A DNA stretch of 64,000 bases from Escherichia phage T2. The stretch's first letter is position 1. Every line of letters begins with the position of its first letter. Made by a program: the position numbers and the translations under genes. The notes beneath the pieces were generated by a model. That model searched no databases and was not told where the DNA came from. It saw only the letters and a program-made list of their open reading frames with translations. Location: the sequence record NC_054931.1. One strand, given 5' to 3'. Positions 21,746 through 31,738 of this stretch are shown piece by piece.

Positions 21746-23803
21746 CTACATTTTGAACTTTTTAGACATTCCGTTGATGTTAACCAAAGAAGCTAATATT
21801 TGAGAAACTTCGTTTTCCTCTTCTTTTGATTCTTCTACAAGGAATTGATTAAATCCAGCCATTGGACGAACTTCACCAGTTTCCATTAAATGGTCTCCAT
21901 CATATACTGATTCTTCTAATTGTTCAGAAGGAGGAACGATTGTACCTTCGATTAGATACTTGTTATAAGCAGTTTCTTTCATAAAGTACGTACTTACTTT
22001 ATTAATCTTCAGTAAAATTCCACGCGGTAGAATAACTTCAGCTTCTGATGGAAATCCTGATAAATGACCTGGAACGATAACTTTGATTCGCTCAGCTCCT
22101 TTAATTACCATACCCACGCTAGTTTCAGCATCTTCATTAGCATATGTAGAATGACTACCCATATGCATCAAATCTTCTGCATCAACGGAACCTTCTCCTT
22201 CTCCAGAAAATACTGCACCGGAATCATCTAGAGCCATATAGTTTTTACCATGCTCGCCAAAGATATTTGGTTTAAGTGATGTCGATACGAAGTTCTTGAA
22301 ATAGAACATTTTGTTTTCAATGTTGTGACGCAAAGTTTTAAAGGTAACTTCTTGTCCGCGATAAAGCGTAGTTCCTGGAGGAAGAACTGAACCTTTAGCG
22401 AATGCAGAATCCAACGTCTCGATGTGCTTAATAGCACGTTCCATATATTCTTCACGGGTAGAATCTGGTTTACCCAAAAGGAACGAGTTCATTTCAACAT
22501 ATGAATCTGCACAATAATCTTCAATTACATCAGACTCAGCCTGAGTCAGTCCTTTTGGAGTTACTTCAGTGCTTGCATATTCATATGCCTGGGCAGCAGA
22601 TTCATTAATCAATTTATAAATGCCATTCATGACAAATTGAATAATAACTGTCTTTTCATCTGGCGTAGCTTTAGAACCTTTAACCAAATCATTGATAATT
22701 TTCTTAATAACATCAAAGCTATTAGAAATATTAATATCAGCAAGATCACTTAAAATTTTATCAGTTTTATAATCAAAGAATTCTTTATTCTTTAAATATT
22801 CTTGAGAACCTTGATATGTTATATCGCTCTGTAACTTGATAGATGGATCACGTAAACGTGCATGGGCTAATGCAATATGATTTCGGAAGTTTTCTAGTTC
22901 ATAATCGCTAGATTTAAAACGAGAAGCACTTCTCATACCACCGATAGCTCCTTTGCTGAAGTTTGAACCAATCTGAATAACGCCAGAGTTCATTGGTCCT
23001 TCTGCTTTATATACCGGAACTTTAGATTCAAACTCTTGATATTTCTTGGCAGCGAAGCTATCACCCTGAAGTGAAGCATCGACAGTAGAATATTGAGCTT
23101 GTGCTGCTAATCGACGACTAATTTTAGTTTTCTGAATAACCGCTTGGTCAGTACGTTTATCATTTTCTAAAGCAATAGAAGCAGCAACAGCGACAGCTTT
23201 AGGAACAGCATCACCTGTTTTAACATCTACATAAACATCACCGACCTTCGATTCAACTTTTGCGAATAACTCAGTTGAAATAGGAGGTACACCTGGAATG
23301 TCTTCTAAATTGGCATTTTTACGGTAAACCATAATATATGCATACTTTTTATCATAGTCCCAGATTTCCTTTAAAAGAACATATCGACCTGCTCCTTTAG
23401 TACGTACTAAACGGTCAGCAATAACTTGCATTTGACGAGCTGCGCCATTTGTTTTACTTTTTAGTACGCGGAATAAGCATGCGTCGATTTTATACTGTTT
23501 CATTGTTTGAAGAGCAGTATCAAAAACAGCATTAATGACGCCAATTGGATTTCCACCCAAGTTTCTAAGCTTAACCAGCGATAATTTCTCGTTGACACCT
23601 ATCATTACGATATGCATCATTTTATCGCCTGGCTTAACGTTTTTATTTGTATCACCACCAGAGGTGTATGTACAAAATCTAAATCCAGGAAGCACGCTTT
23701 CTTCGCCGGCTTGAATAGCAAAAATTTGTGGTATTTTATGCTTAGGATTTAAGTTAACAACCGGCGCCGAAGCGCCGTCAAATAATTCTGTAATAAGTTC
23801 CAT
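21746..23803 (-). CDS. Alt-family mono-ADP-ribosyltransferase paralog
   Basis: 685 aa ORF; N-terminus MELITELFD...NLNPK shared with the neighbouring gene; C-terminal R / STS / EAEVILPRG motifs typical of R-S-E ADP-ribosyltransferases. Confidence 0.8.
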   Translation of the reverse strand: MELITELFDGASAPVVNLNPKHKIPQIFAIQAGEESVLPGFRFCTYTSGGDTNKNVKPGDKMMHIVMIGVNEKLSLVKLRNLGGNPIGVINAVFDTALQTMKQYKIDACLFRVLKSKTNGAARQMQVIADRLVRTKGAGRYVLLKEIWDYDKKYAYIMVYRKNANLEDIPGVPPISTELFAKVESKVGDVYVDVKTGDAVPKAVAVAASIALENDKRTDQAVIQKTKISRRLAAQAQYSTVDASLQGDSFAAKKYQEFESKVPVYKAEGPMNSGVIQIGSNFSKGAIGGMRSASRFKSSDYELENFRNHIALAHARLRDPSIKLQSDITYQGSQEYLKNKEFFDYKTDKILSDLADINISNSFDVIKKIINDLVKGSKATPDEKTVIIQFVMNGIYKLINESAAQAYEYASTEVTPKGLTQAESDVIEDYCADSYVEMNSFLLGKPDSTREEYMERAIKHIETLDSAFAKGSVLPPGTTLYRGQEVTFKTLRHNIENKMFYFKNFVSTSLKPNIFGEHGKNYMALDDSGAVFSGEGEGSVDAEDLMHMGSHSTYANEDAETSVGMVIKGAERIKVIVPGHLSGFPSEAEVILPRGILLKINKVSTYFMKETAYNKYLIEGTIVPPSEQLEESVYDGDHLMETGEVRPMAGFNQFLVEESKEEENEVSQILASLVNINGMSKKFKM

Positions 23804-23806
23804 GAT

Positions 23807-25903
23807 TTATCCTTGAACGAACTTGTAAGGCATGTTTGTAATATCTATGCAAGACGCAATAATTCCGAGAGATGATTCTACTTTCTGTTTAACATTTGAT
23901 GAAACAAATGATGCAAAGTCAACTCTGTCTTCTATTTCAATATCACCTGTCATTGCAACTACTTCGCCGGTTTCCATTAAACGGTCTCCGTCATAGATTA
24001 CCGATTCGGTGAGTTCTTCTGTGGTCATAACTTCAGCTTGAATGAGTTTTGTATTATTAGACGTGGTTCCGTCATTATTAGAAGCATCAGTTATTTTATT
24101 AACTTTGACCATCAATCCGCGCGGTAGAATAACTTCAGCTTCTGTTGCTATTCCGAGACTTCCTGGATATACAACATTAACTTTATGAGCTCCATCAATT
24201 GCCCATCCTATTTGAACTTTAACGTATTCAGGATTTTCTTTATACGCTCTTATTTCGTTTGGATTAATAGTTATTCCTTCTTCATTTTTATCAACTGTTA
24301 ATTCATTGCGAGCTTCTGGTTCTAAAAGACCAATACCAGCATGTGTAATTCCAAAACGTCCAAAAATGATAGGAGTTAAAGAAGTAGATACAAAATTTCT
24401 GAAATAGAACACTTTATTTTTAACTAGCGCTTCGTATATAGGAGCAGTCATACTTTGAGCACGATAAACTGTAATGCCTTCCGGTATGCGGTCACCATTT
24501 TCAAAAGCTGAATCTAAATTATTTATAGCAGATTCAATTTCTTTTTCACTCATTACATCATATCGTTCTGGATTGTAACGACCTAAAAGAAGATTATTAA
24601 TGTCTGTATATCCTGAACCACAATACTCTCTAATACCGCGCTTTTGTGATGGTGTATATTTAGAACCATCACAAGCAATAGTAATATCAATCATTGGACC
24701 AGCACCAATTCCAGAAAAACTATAAATCATTCGTTTGAGGAATTTAGTTTTTGCTGCATTCCAGGCATTTTTAGTTATTTCTCCCCAGACTTCATCTGGC
24801 TGCCCTTTACGAGTTTTATTATGTTTATCAAGCCAATTATCTTTATATTCTTCAAAGAATTGATTGACAGCTGCCGCGTATTTCTCTAAACATTTTATTG
24901 AAGTAGTTGGTTCATTTTTAATCGCGTTAAAAATTACATCTTTAATTTTTTCAGAAACTTCATCAACCTCACTTTTTGAAAAGAATTTATAGTCATAGTG
25001 AAGTTCATTCGCAGTTCCTTCGGCAATAATTTTTGCTGCCTTTGTTTTAGAAGCTAATGAATTAATTCCAATTTTCATTTCTTCTGCTTCGGGAATTAAA
25101 GGAGCGGTAGCAGGCTTATTGAAATTAGCTGCGGTAGATTCATACTTCTGGAATAATTCACTTTCAAATCTAGAAGATTCCAATGATTGACTTTGCGCAA
25201 TTGCTCTACGGGAAATTTTAACTTTAACGATTACAGCTTGGTCAGTACGTTTATCATTTTCTTGTGCAATAGATGCTGCAATTGCCTCGTTTTTAGTTAC
25301 TTGAGCTCCAGTATCTTTATTGATATAAACATCACCGACCTTCGATTCAACTTTAGTAAAGAGCTCGGTACTAATTTCCGGAACTCCTGGAATGTCTTCT
25401 AGTGATACATTTTTGCGATGTATAAGAATATATGCATACTTTTTATCATAATCCCAGAGTTCCTTAAGAAGGACGTATCTGCCACCTGAACGACTACGGA
25501 TAAGTCTATCAGCAATAACTTGAATTTGTCGAGCTTGACCAGCAGTTTTAGACTTAAGAATACGAAGCATACAAGCATCAATTTTATACTGACGCATTGT
25601 TTGCATTGCAACAGTAAAAACTGAATTGATATAATTAATTGGGCTTGGACCAAGACCTTTTAATTTAGCAATTGAACCTTTAGCAGTTAATGTAAAAGGA
25701 ACAATATGCATCATTTTATCGCCCATTTTTAAATCGCGATTAGTATCACCTCCAGATGTATAGGTACATAAACGAAAGCCTGGTTGTTCAATTGCATCAT
25801 CAACATGAACTGAAAAAATTTGTGGTATTTTCTTCTTTGGATTTAAGTTTGTAATCGGAAGAGTAGTATCTTCGTCAAATAATTCTGTAATGAGTTCCAT
25901 CAT
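23807..25903 (-). CDS. alt: Alt mono-ADP-ribosyltransferase (packaged internal head protein in T4)
   Basis: 698 aa ORF next to ligase gene 30; ART motifs YRAQ, FVSTSL, TEAEVILPRG; N-terminal MELITE consistent with prohead-protease processing. Confidence 0.8.
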   Translation of the reverse strand: MMELITELFDEDTTLPITNLNPKKKIPQIFSVHVDDAIEQPGFRLCTYTSGGDTNRDLKMGDKMMHIVPFTLTAKGSIAKLKGLGPSPINYINSVFTVAMQTMRQYKIDACMLRILKSKTAGQARQIQVIADRLIRSRSGGRYVLLKELWDYDKKYAYILIHRKNVSLEDIPGVPEISTELFTKVESKVGDVYINKDTGAQVTKNEAIAASIAQENDKRTDQAVIVKVKISRRAIAQSQSLESSRFESELFQKYESTAANFNKPATAPLIPEAEEMKIGINSLASKTKAAKIIAEGTANELHYDYKFFSKSEVDEVSEKIKDVIFNAIKNEPTTSIKCLEKYAAAVNQFFEEYKDNWLDKHNKTRKGQPDEVWGEITKNAWNAAKTKFLKRMIYSFSGIGAGPMIDITIACDGSKYTPSQKRGIREYCGSGYTDINNLLLGRYNPERYDVMSEKEIESAINNLDSAFENGDRIPEGITVYRAQSMTAPIYEALVKNKVFYFRNFVSTSLTPIIFGRFGITHAGIGLLEPEARNELTVDKNEEGITINPNEIRAYKENPEYVKVQIGWAIDGAHKVNVVYPGSLGIATEAEVILPRGLMVKVNKITDASNNDGTTSNNTKLIQAEVMTTEELTESVIYDGDRLMETGEVVAMTGDIEIEDRVDFASFVSSNVKQKVESSLGIIASCIDITNMPYKFVQG

Positions 25904-25952
25904 ATCCTCTCTAGTGTTTATTCTATTTATAAAATTAAAGGCCCGAAGGCCT

Positions 25953-26141
25953 TTAATAATCTATAGGTAAGAGAGTACGATATATTTCAAACTTTGGACC
26001 TTTTTCATAAGCATCAAAAGTTTCTGTGAATTTATTATAAGCATATGCATCTATAAATTCAATCATGATTTGTGATACAGAAGTAGAAACATCTCCACCT
26101 TCTTTTTGAGCTACAACAATTGTTTCTAAGTAAGCTTTCAT
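25953..26141 (-). CDS. hypothetical small protein (alt.1 position)
   Basis: 62 aa ORF overlapping the gene 30 stop by 4 nt. Confidence 0.5.
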   Translation of the reverse strand: MKAYLETIVVAQKEGGDVSTSVSQIMIEFIDAYAYNKFTETFDAYEKGPKFEIYRTLLPIDY

Positions 26142-27601
26142 AGACCAGTTACCTCATGAAAATCGCCAAATACATCTTCGAACGTATTAGCTTTAGTTTT
26201 ATCTTCGCGTAAACGAATCGCAATCGGAAGAAATAATTTAACGTAATCAGTGCGGCCATCAGATTTTAACCAACCGTTGCATTCGCACTCTAGAATTTTT
26301 CCAATATAATAATTTTGGTTTTCCATAATGCGAGTACGGTCAAGTTCATGCGATTTTACACCGGCTTTATCTTTTAAGCCTGAACCAGCATTTACCTTAA
26401 TTTTTCCGCACTCTGACTCAAGAATAAATCCACCTGCTTTAGTAGGGTCTTTACGGTGAGGATAAATTCCTACAATTTTTAAATCAACATCAATTACTTC
26501 TTTAAATTTATAGAGATTTTTTGAACGAGCATTTTCCCATAATCCATCGATATTTTTGAGAATAATACCTTCAAGACCTTGGTCAATATACTTTTTATAA
26601 ATTACCTTAGCTTCATCTAGGTTATTTACTACCTGGTTTTCAATTAAAATTACTTTATCATATCCCGATGTCATTTGTTCTAGTTTAGAAAAACGTACAT
26701 CATACTTCAAACGAAATGCAGGAAGACCGTATATTTCTACCAACGGGACATAATCCCAGACCTGAAACTTCATGCATTGAGCTTCTTTTTCAGAAATGGT
26801 TCCCTTTAAAGATTTATTGGCGATGCCATTAGATGCAGTACGTGATTCAGCTACTTCTGTGAAGTCTTTAACTTTACTGTTTTCAGGATGAGCATCAAAA
26901 AGAAAATCTAGGCCTTCTGGCTCCTTTTTAACTTGCTCATGGTATACCAATTCGCCATCAATTAACACGCCTTCTGGATGAATCTGGCGGGCTTCAGCGG
27001 TCATTTTGATTAATTCTTCCTTAAGAAGATCTAATCCTAGATATTCATTACCGGCTCGTGATAAAAGACGAACATCATCTAATTCATCACCTCTGACTTC
27101 GGCAAAGCACCGAGCCCCATCAGCTTTTAACTGGGCAAAAGCTGGAAATTTGATATTCTTATTAATGCCTTTTTCATCATAAGAACTTGCAAGCATTTGA
27201 GGTTGTTCAGGAATTAAACCTGGCCAAACTTTGTTTGCAATAGATACTGAAGCACCACATTCAAGGTCTCGCATCATCACTCGACGCAAAACTTCAACAT
27301 CATCTTTTTTACCATCGGTGATATATCCAGTTAATTCCTCAATTGCTGCATTTCCAGTCAATTTCCGAGTAGCTAATGTGAATTCAATGAAGTCAAGCAT
27401 ATCGATAAGAGTCAACATTCCAAAACTCTGGGTAGCAATACCAGGTTTAGGCCATTTCTTGATATAATACTGCAACCCACGAGAATAAGTCAGACGATAT
27501 ACTCGTTTAAGCAATTCATTATCTTTATTCTTTTCAAGAATTGCTTGCTTCTGCTTAGTTGAACCAATAGATGCTATTTCGTTCAGAATTTTAAGAATCA
27601 T
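26138..27601 (-). CDS. 30: ATP-dependent DNA ligase
   Basis: 487 aa ORF; adenylation motif KADGAR; size as T4 DNA ligase. Confidence 0.97.
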   Translation of the reverse strand: MILKILNEIASIGSTKQKQAILEKNKDNELLKRVYRLTYSRGLQYYIKKWPKPGIATQSFGMLTLIDMLDFIEFTLATRKLTGNAAIEELTGYITDGKKDDVEVLRRVMMRDLECGASVSIANKVWPGLIPEQPQMLASSYDEKGINKNIKFPAFAQLKADGARCFAEVRGDELDDVRLLSRAGNEYLGLDLLKEELIKMTAEARQIHPEGVLIDGELVYHEQVKKEPEGLDFLFDAHPENSKVKDFTEVAESRTASNGIANKSLKGTISEKEAQCMKFQVWDYVPLVEIYGLPAFRLKYDVRFSKLEQMTSGYDKVILIENQVVNNLDEAKVIYKKYIDQGLEGIILKNIDGLWENARSKNLYKFKEVIDVDLKIVGIYPHRKDPTKAGGFILESECGKIKVNAGSGLKDKAGVKSHELDRTRIMENQNYYIGKILECECNGWLKSDGRTDYVKLFLPIAIRLREDKTKANTFEDVFGDFHEVTGL

Positions 27602-27867
27602 TATTCATCCTTCAGAGTTTGGTTTACAGCTCTATTATAAATCAATTCATCATTAAGCTCAGTCAAAGACCTATGATATGTGGTTCTAACTTTATTTCCT
27701 TGCATCCAGTGCTTGACGTAAATGAAACCTTGCTCTACACATTTTTTAAAAATTCGTTCGTCTTTTTGAGCTCGGAATTCTGGATTGCATCTAAAAAATT
27801 GATTTACGTGACCGTAATCACGTGTAGTATTACCTTCATTTTCATAAATAGTGTGAACAACAAACAT
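27601..27867 (-). CDS. hypothetical protein (30.1 position)
   Basis: 88 aa ORF contiguous with gene 30. Confidence 0.6.
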   Translation of the reverse strand: MFVVHTIYENEGNTTRDYGHVNQFFRCNPEFRAQKDERIFKKCVEQGFIYVKHWMQGNKVRTTYHRSLTELNDELIYNRAVNQTLKDE

Positions 27868-28709
27868 TAGAATGCTCCTTGGAAAATATTATCACCACTA
27901 CCACTAGTAAGTCTATTAAAATACCCTGCGTCGCCAGGCTTAAAACTCCATGTATGGAATGGATGCATCTGGTGTGAGTGTGTATAATATGGATTATAAG
28001 GATTAAATCCAGGAGTTCTCCAGGTAGTGTTCCAAGGAAAAGAATCGTTTTTAATCATCTTCTCGATTGTATCTTTTATGGCTTTTTCACTATCAAAACT
28101 TTCTTTATTTTCCTTCGGCGAAAAAAGCTTATTTTCTACATCATTCCATGTATAAACCCGCTGAGCAGTTTTTGGAATATTGTCACGCTCTCCTCGAGCC
28201 ATCCAATAAACAGGAACACGTAATATTTCACTCGCATGGTCGCAGTGGTGAGCGAGATCGTCAATATAACAAATTACGTTATATTTCTCTTTTGCCTTTT
28301 TGAACAGCTCTTCTTTTGAAGAATCATGACCACACATCAATACTTCTGAGAAGGCACCAGGAAAAAGAGCATTCAAATTAAATTGACGATTCAGCAGAGC
28401 GTCAATAGAATCGCCCAATGCTGTAACAGCTACAAAATTATAATCTTCCTTTAATTTGTTAATTACACACAGAGCATCTTTATATGGAGACAAGTAACGA
28501 ATAAAATCTGAACGATTGTATTTTTCAATTAACTTGACACCAAGTTCTTCATCACAGTTAAAGAGTTTACCAGGTGAAATAAATTTCTCATCTTGGATCA
28601 TTTTTAAAATATGTTCTAACGGAAGATTATATTTCTGAGCAAAATAAGGAAGGCCTGATTGCCAGCTTAAACATACTCCATCAATATCAGTTAAAATAGT
28701 AGGCTTCAT
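27867..28709 (-). CDS. HAD-superfamily-like hydrolase (30.2 position)
   Basis: 280 aa ORF; N-terminal ILTDIDGV resembles HAD motif I (DxDG). Confidence 0.65.
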   Translation of the reverse strand: MKPTILTDIDGVCLSWQSGLPYFAQKYNLPLEHILKMIQDEKFISPGKLFNCDEELGVKLIEKYNRSDFIRYLSPYKDALCVINKLKEDYNFVAVTALGDSIDALLNRQFNLNALFPGAFSEVLMCGHDSSKEELFKKAKEKYNVICYIDDLAHHCDHASEILRVPVYWMARGERDNIPKTAQRVYTWNDVENKLFSPKENKESFDSEKAIKDTIEKMIKNDSFPWNTTWRTPGFNPYNPYYTHSHQMHPFHTWSFKPGDAGYFNRLTSGSGDNIFQGAF

Positions 28710-29164
28710 AGAGAGTCTCTTAATAGGTTTAACACATCAATAAATTCAGCTTCGGTTAGTATTGTATCATCTTTTGTTAGACCACTAGCCATGCTGTGCT
28801 TCAAAACTTTTCCTTTCGAGGCTAGTAATGCATCACGAAAGCCCTTGTTTTGAATCGCTGCTTCAAAATATGCATTTGTATATAATTCTTTCCACGCTGG
28901 GGAGTATCTTGAAAACGGAACTCCGAGCCAGAAGAGGGTCCCACGGTCCTGAGCTCTAGCATAAGACCTTCCAGCTTGTTGGGCGGCAAGCCCGGATAAC
29001 CCAAATATACGACGTTGTTGTTCAACATTTTTCACCTTGCATCCTTGGAGGAATCCTTCAAGACCTCCGAATTGAATACCATCCATGACGAAAGGCCATT
29101 GGGCGAAATTACTTAATGCGCATGATGGCCATCTAAAATTGCTTCTAATCTCTAACTCAGACAT
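28706..29164 (-). CDS. NADAR/YbiA-like domain protein (30.3 position)
   Basis: 152 aa ORF; SNFAQWPFVMDG, EGFLQGCK and later blocks align with conserved YbiA/NADAR blocks as I recall them. Confidence 0.7.
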   Translation of the reverse strand: MSELEIRSNFRWPSCALSNFAQWPFVMDGIQFGGLEGFLQGCKVKNVEQQRRIFGLSGLAAQQAGRSYARAQDRGTLFWLGVPFSRYSPAWKELYTNAYFEAAIQNKGFRDALLASKGKVLKHSMASGLTKDDTILTEAEFIDVLNLLRDSL

Positions 29165-29375
29165 CTTTAATACTTTATAATTTCAACATCCGCCCAATGA
29201 CCATAACTTGGCAGACGGTCTTCAATAGATAATCCACCATCATATTTAAGCATTTTAATTGTCATAATATGGCTCTAAATGGTCTTCTGTGAGCGTAGAA
29301 ACGTCAGTCACACGATAAGTAACTTCAACCATTTCCGTACCTAATAATTTCTGAATTAATTTCTTAAACATATTA

Positions 29376-29663
29376 TCAGAACCTCATCTGAAAACCGTGT
29401 GATTTAACATTACCGCCGCCAATATCAGAAATATTAATTTCACGCGCAATTGAAGGGTCAATGTCAATTTCGCGATTGAGTTTAGTGATAGCTAAAGTAT
29501 CACGCCCATTTACTGTACGGAATTCTAAAGGGCAGACTACATTAACGTAATTTTTAATCGATTCACTGGTAGGTTGCAAATGAGCAGGAAGGTCTTTAGG
29601 CGCCTTAGAGAAAACCACTTCACAAAAATTTTTGCGGGTATCAAAATAAGTAGTCATAAACAT
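29376..29663 (-). CDS. hypothetical protein
   Basis: Track ORF 29376..29687; start moved to the ATG preceded by GAGGAAA. Confidence 0.5.
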   Translation of the reverse strand: MFMTTYFDTRKNFCEVVFSKAPKDLPAHLQPTSESIKNYVNVVCPLEFRTVNGRDTLAITKLNREIDIDPSIAREINISDIGGGNVKSHGFQMRF

Positions 29664-29702
29664 AACATTTTCCTCAATAGGGGCCAAAGCCCCTCATTTA
29701 TT

Positions 29703-30068
29703 TTAAATATCAAATTCGTTAAGAACTACATCAAAGATTGCTTCAAGATGCTCAGGTTTAGCTCTGTTACTCAGAATATGACGAATCCAAGTTTTAACCA
29801 AAAGCTTGCGATTAGCACCATTCCAGCAAGGATGAGTCCCTAAATCGCGTTGACGAAAATCATCATCCAGAGCGATTTTAAAGTTGGAACCTTCCATTGT
29901 GATTGAAACCGTGATGCCATTTTCAAATCGCATATAAACATAGTTAGGAGTCATATACTGTTCAATTTCGCATACTGATCCATTTTGATGTTTCCAAAGG
30001 CAGATAGTATCAATAGAACCTGCAATACCATTAGAAACATATTTACGTTCAAAGTTGATGTAGTTCAT
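29703..30068 (-). CDS. hypothetical protein
   Basis: Track ORF 29703..30128; start moved to MNYINF, preceded by AAAGGAGAA RBS and an early promoter. Confidence 0.55.
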   Translation of the reverse strand: MNYINFERKYVSNGIAGSIDTICLWKHQNGSVCEIEQYMTPNYVYMRFENGITVSITMEGSNFKIALDDDFRQRDLGTHPCWNGANRKLLVKTWIRHILSNRAKPEHLEAIFDVVLNEFDI

Positions 30069-30074
30069 TTTTAT

Positions 30075-30130
30075 TCTCCTTTGTTTGTGTAAGATAATAC
30101 TATCACAAAGGAACCATACTGTAAACAACT
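30075..30130 (-). promoter_or_regulatory. early promoter upstream of ORF 29703..30068
   Basis: GTTTACA, 17 nt, TAGTAT/TATTAT, directly after a hairpin terminator. Confidence 0.45.
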
Positions 30131-30149
30131 TTATGCAATCTTTGGAAAA

Positions 30150-30178
30150 TAAAAAAGGACTCCCGAAGGAGTCCTCAA
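30150..30178 (-). terminator. hairpin terminator downstream of ORF 30180..30356
   Basis: GGACTCC-TTCG-GGAGTCC followed by a T-run on the minus strand. Confidence 0.55.
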
Positions 30179-30179
30179 C

Positions 30180-30356
30180 TTATGCTTTCTGCTTACCAAA
30201 ACGAGAAGCATCATCTCGAAGAACCGCACGTGCTCGGCGCATGATCTTCTCAACAGTTTGATTGATACGAGAGTTCGACCCACGCTTGTAGCCAGCGCGT
30301 TTAGAATCACCAACTTTCTTTTCAACTGCTTTCTTTGCTTTAGCTTGTTTTGCCAT
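30180..30356 (-). CDS. small basic protein (Lys/Arg-rich, 58 aa)
   Basis: Track ORF 30180..30398; probable start at MAKQAKAKK; hairpin terminator downstream. Confidence 0.5.
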   Translation of the reverse strand: MAKQAKAKKAVEKKVGDSKRAGYKRGSNSRINQTVEKIMRRARAVLRDDASRFGKQKA

Positions 30357-30644
30357 TATAAATTCTCTTTTAAACGAAAATGCAGGACTTATTGGCATTG
30401 CCTGCGAAAGCCCTCAAAGGGGTACTTAGGTTTTGAATATTTACCGACAGGATAACCATAAACCCGTCATCATACCACCAAGACTTACACAGATAACACT
30501 TTTCTGACGCATGATAGTAACATTCAAGAGGTACACCGTAAAACTGCCGGGGTCTTAAAACTATAATGATTCGCAAATCATTAATCAGACAGTTCGACGG
30601 CTCCTCGATTTTAGCTCACACTAAGGCAGTGAATCTCCAATAAA

Positions 30645-30893
30645 TTACTTCAATGTTACCACAAAGTGACGAACTGCTTTTCGCGCGGCAGAAGCCAGAG
30701 GCTTAGCATATTTAAGTTCATCTTTTTCCTGAAGCTCGGCAGCTAATGCAGTTTGAGCAGGATTCAGATGTTTGAAATAACGCAGGATTTCAAGAGCTTC
30801 GGCTTCAACATCAATAGATGCGCCATAGTTTTCGTGACCATTATTCCATGCGTTTCGTTGCAGTTCAAGAGCGTGTTGTAATTGTTTAATCAT
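30645..30893 (-). CDS. rIII: lysis inhibition accessory protein rIII
   Basis: 82 aa ORF, size and sequence as T4 rIII. Confidence 0.9.
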   Translation of the reverse strand: MIKQLQHALELQRNAWNNGHENYGASIDVEAEALEILRYFKHLNPAQTALAAELQEKDELKYAKPLASAARKAVRHFVVTLK

Positions 30894-31029
30894 TTAAAAA
30901 TTCTCGTTAGAGATTAAAACTCGGTAGTCACGTTCTTCTGAATTTCATCTTCTTTCGACAGATCTCTCAGTTGTAGACTACCACATAGAATTGTTCGGTT
31001 AACTTATTATTCCGACACCCAATTCATAT

Positions 31030-31037
31030 TATTTATA
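31030..31037 (-). promoter_or_regulatory. late promoter motif TATAAATA upstream of rIII
   Basis: Exact motif on the minus strand about 137 nt before the rIII ATG. Confidence 0.45.
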
Positions 31038-31373
31038 TCACTTATAAAGACACGGAATAGCTTTATAATGACAGGTAACGAATTTTTGTTTAATTTCTTT
31101 TGGCTGCTTAAGACCCAGAGCTACAAAAGGATGCGGAACGTTTCGAATTTGACCAACTGGAAGAGAAGTCAAATCACCAACTTCACAAAAACCTTCAGGA
31201 ACATCAGGACCGACAGAGTGAATTACACACAGTTCAGGAACTTCACCTTGAACACGTTTACCGATAATAAGTCCTGATTCTGTAACTTCTTCATCGCCGG
31301 CTTGTGCAGGTTCAGAAACTAAAATAACATATTCACCGACAGCACGAATTGGTAGCTGTTGTACTTCAGACAT
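31038..31373 (-). CDS. 31: GroES-like co-chaperonin for capsid folding
   Basis: 111 aa ORF, size and position as T4 gp31. Confidence 0.93.
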   Translation of the reverse strand: MSEVQQLPIRAVGEYVILVSEPAQAGDEEVTESGLIIGKRVQGEVPELCVIHSVGPDVPEGFCEVGDLTSLPVGQIRNVPHPFVALGLKQPKEIKQKFVTCHYKAIPCLYK

Positions 31374-31429
31374 CGTTTTTCCTTTTTGCTAACAGATGAA
31401 TTAATAATAACAAATAATTCTTAAAGCAT

Positions 31430-31738
31430 TTATTTACCAATAAATTGAAGCAAATGCTCAACTTTCATACCATTAACAGAAATCAATTTGTCAATAGAAA
31501 AACCTCGCCAAGCGCCAAGTTCAACATCAAATACTGGAATCATATCCGTAGATTCTTTCCGAGTAGATTCAGTCAATTTACCGGTTTGCATGGTTGGCAT
31601 AAAGTCTGCATCACGAGTACCTTTCATAGTACGAATAGTACCATCAGACTTTTCAAAAACTACGTTTGAAACACCCATGGACAATTTAGTTTTCAAAATT
31701 TCACGAATTGCTACTTTCTGCTCAGTTGTCAGTTTCAT
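31430..31738 (-). CDS. hypothetical protein (31.1 position)
   Basis: 102 aa ORF. Confidence 0.6.
   Translation of the reverse strand: MKLTTEQKVAIREILKTKLSMGVSNVVFEKSDGTIRTMKGTRDADFMPTMQTGKLTESTRKESTDMIPVFDVELGAWRGFSIDKLISVNGMKVEHLLQFIGK

Noticed and set aside
22228-22455. Short ORFs nested inside the two alt genes (also 25187..25402 and 25399..25653)
   Set aside because: Embedded in or antisense to long ORFs with clear ADP-ribosyltransferase motifs.
30370-30576. 68-aa Cys-containing ORF in the rIII-downstream gap
   Set aside because: Starts at TTG with an in-frame stop immediately upstream and no Shine-Dalgarno sequence; kept only as part of the non-coding-region finding.
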